Origin: Chiloscyllium plagiosum
Lineage: Eukaryota
NCBI RefSeq assembly: GCF_004010195.1
Contig: NC_057756.1
Coordinates: 3,504,785 to 3,568,784, forward strand
Direction of reading: 5' to 3'
Length of the DNA stretch: 64,000 nucleotides
Position numbers and translations under genes: made by a program. The notes under the pieces are model-generated. The model ran no database searches and was not told where the DNA came from. It saw nothing but the letters and a program-made list of their open reading frames with translations. Below, one piece after another: positions 63,500 to 64,000 of the stretch. The stretch's first letter is position 1; each line of letters begins with the position of its first letter.

Positions 63500-64000
63500 A
63501 AACAGAGAACATTGATGTAGGAGTAGGCTATTCGGCCATTCGAGCCTGCATTACCATTCAATATAATCATGGCTGGTAATGCATTTTCAGCATGATGTTC
63601 CCCTTTTCTCGACATAGACCTTGATACTTTTTAGCCACAAGAGACATCCAGCCCCCTCTTGAACATTGCTGACTGACTGGCCCTACCACCTTTCTGTGAT
63701 ACAAAATTCCACAAGTCCAGAATTTTCTCAGTGAGTGCATGCCCAGTCGATCCAATCTTTCTTGATGCGTTTGCCATTCAATGCCAATAATCAAACTGAT
63801 GAATCCTTGCAGGACTCCCACAAGGGTAAGAGGTTCATTTCTCAGAATAGCAGACTAAAACTCTTCATTATACACAAGGTGTAGCCTCGCAAAAGCCCTA
63901 TATAACTTCAGTAAGACATCTCAACGCCTTTATTTCAATTCTCTTATTTTCAAGGCGAGCAGGCCATTAACATTTCTCACTGCCTGCTTCAACTGATTGC
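63500..64000 (-). mobile_element. CR1 3' end fragment
   Basis: gtaggagtaggctattcggccattcgagcctgca is the reverse complement of the CR1 3'UTR at 34990-35025. Confidence 0.85.

Noticed and set aside
1..64000. CRISPR arrays, operons or other prokaryotic systems
   Set aside because: The sequence is vertebrate genomic DNA; no regularly spaced repeats or gene-dense regions were seen.

Overview
Vertebrate genomic DNA, most likely a shark or other cartilaginous fish (inferred from HE1/V-SINE-type SINEs and abundant CR1-type LINEs). It is AT-rich, retroelement-dense and has one 435-nt assembly gap. Almost all ORFs in the supplied track are spurious or are decayed transposon fragments: CR1, Penelope-like, a Gmr1-like gypsy, L1-like and Rex1/Babar-like. 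The main hidden signal is a plus-strand host gene that the ORF track cannot show. At least six exactly 21-nt micro-exons (YAG|21 nt|GTRAG) lie at 11265, 16819, 25399, 26485, 38729 and 60212. Read in phase 1 they splice into a stop-free, charged, heptad-like peptide resembling the cytoplasmic-tail exons of butyrophilin/chicken BG-type receptors. An old ~6-kb internal duplication (about 6.7-13.0 kb vs 35.3-41.2 kb) duplicated at least one of these exons. Other notable items: several short fold-back Penelope-derived insertions carrying minimal hammerhead ribozyme cores; one such insertion containing an exact 74-bp copy of sequence 10.6 kb upstream; and an intact CR1 ORF1 (SGNH esterase type) missed by the ORF track. 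Repeat boundaries were read by eye and are approximate. No Ig, transmembrane or B30.2 exon was recognised, so the gene family assignment is inference.
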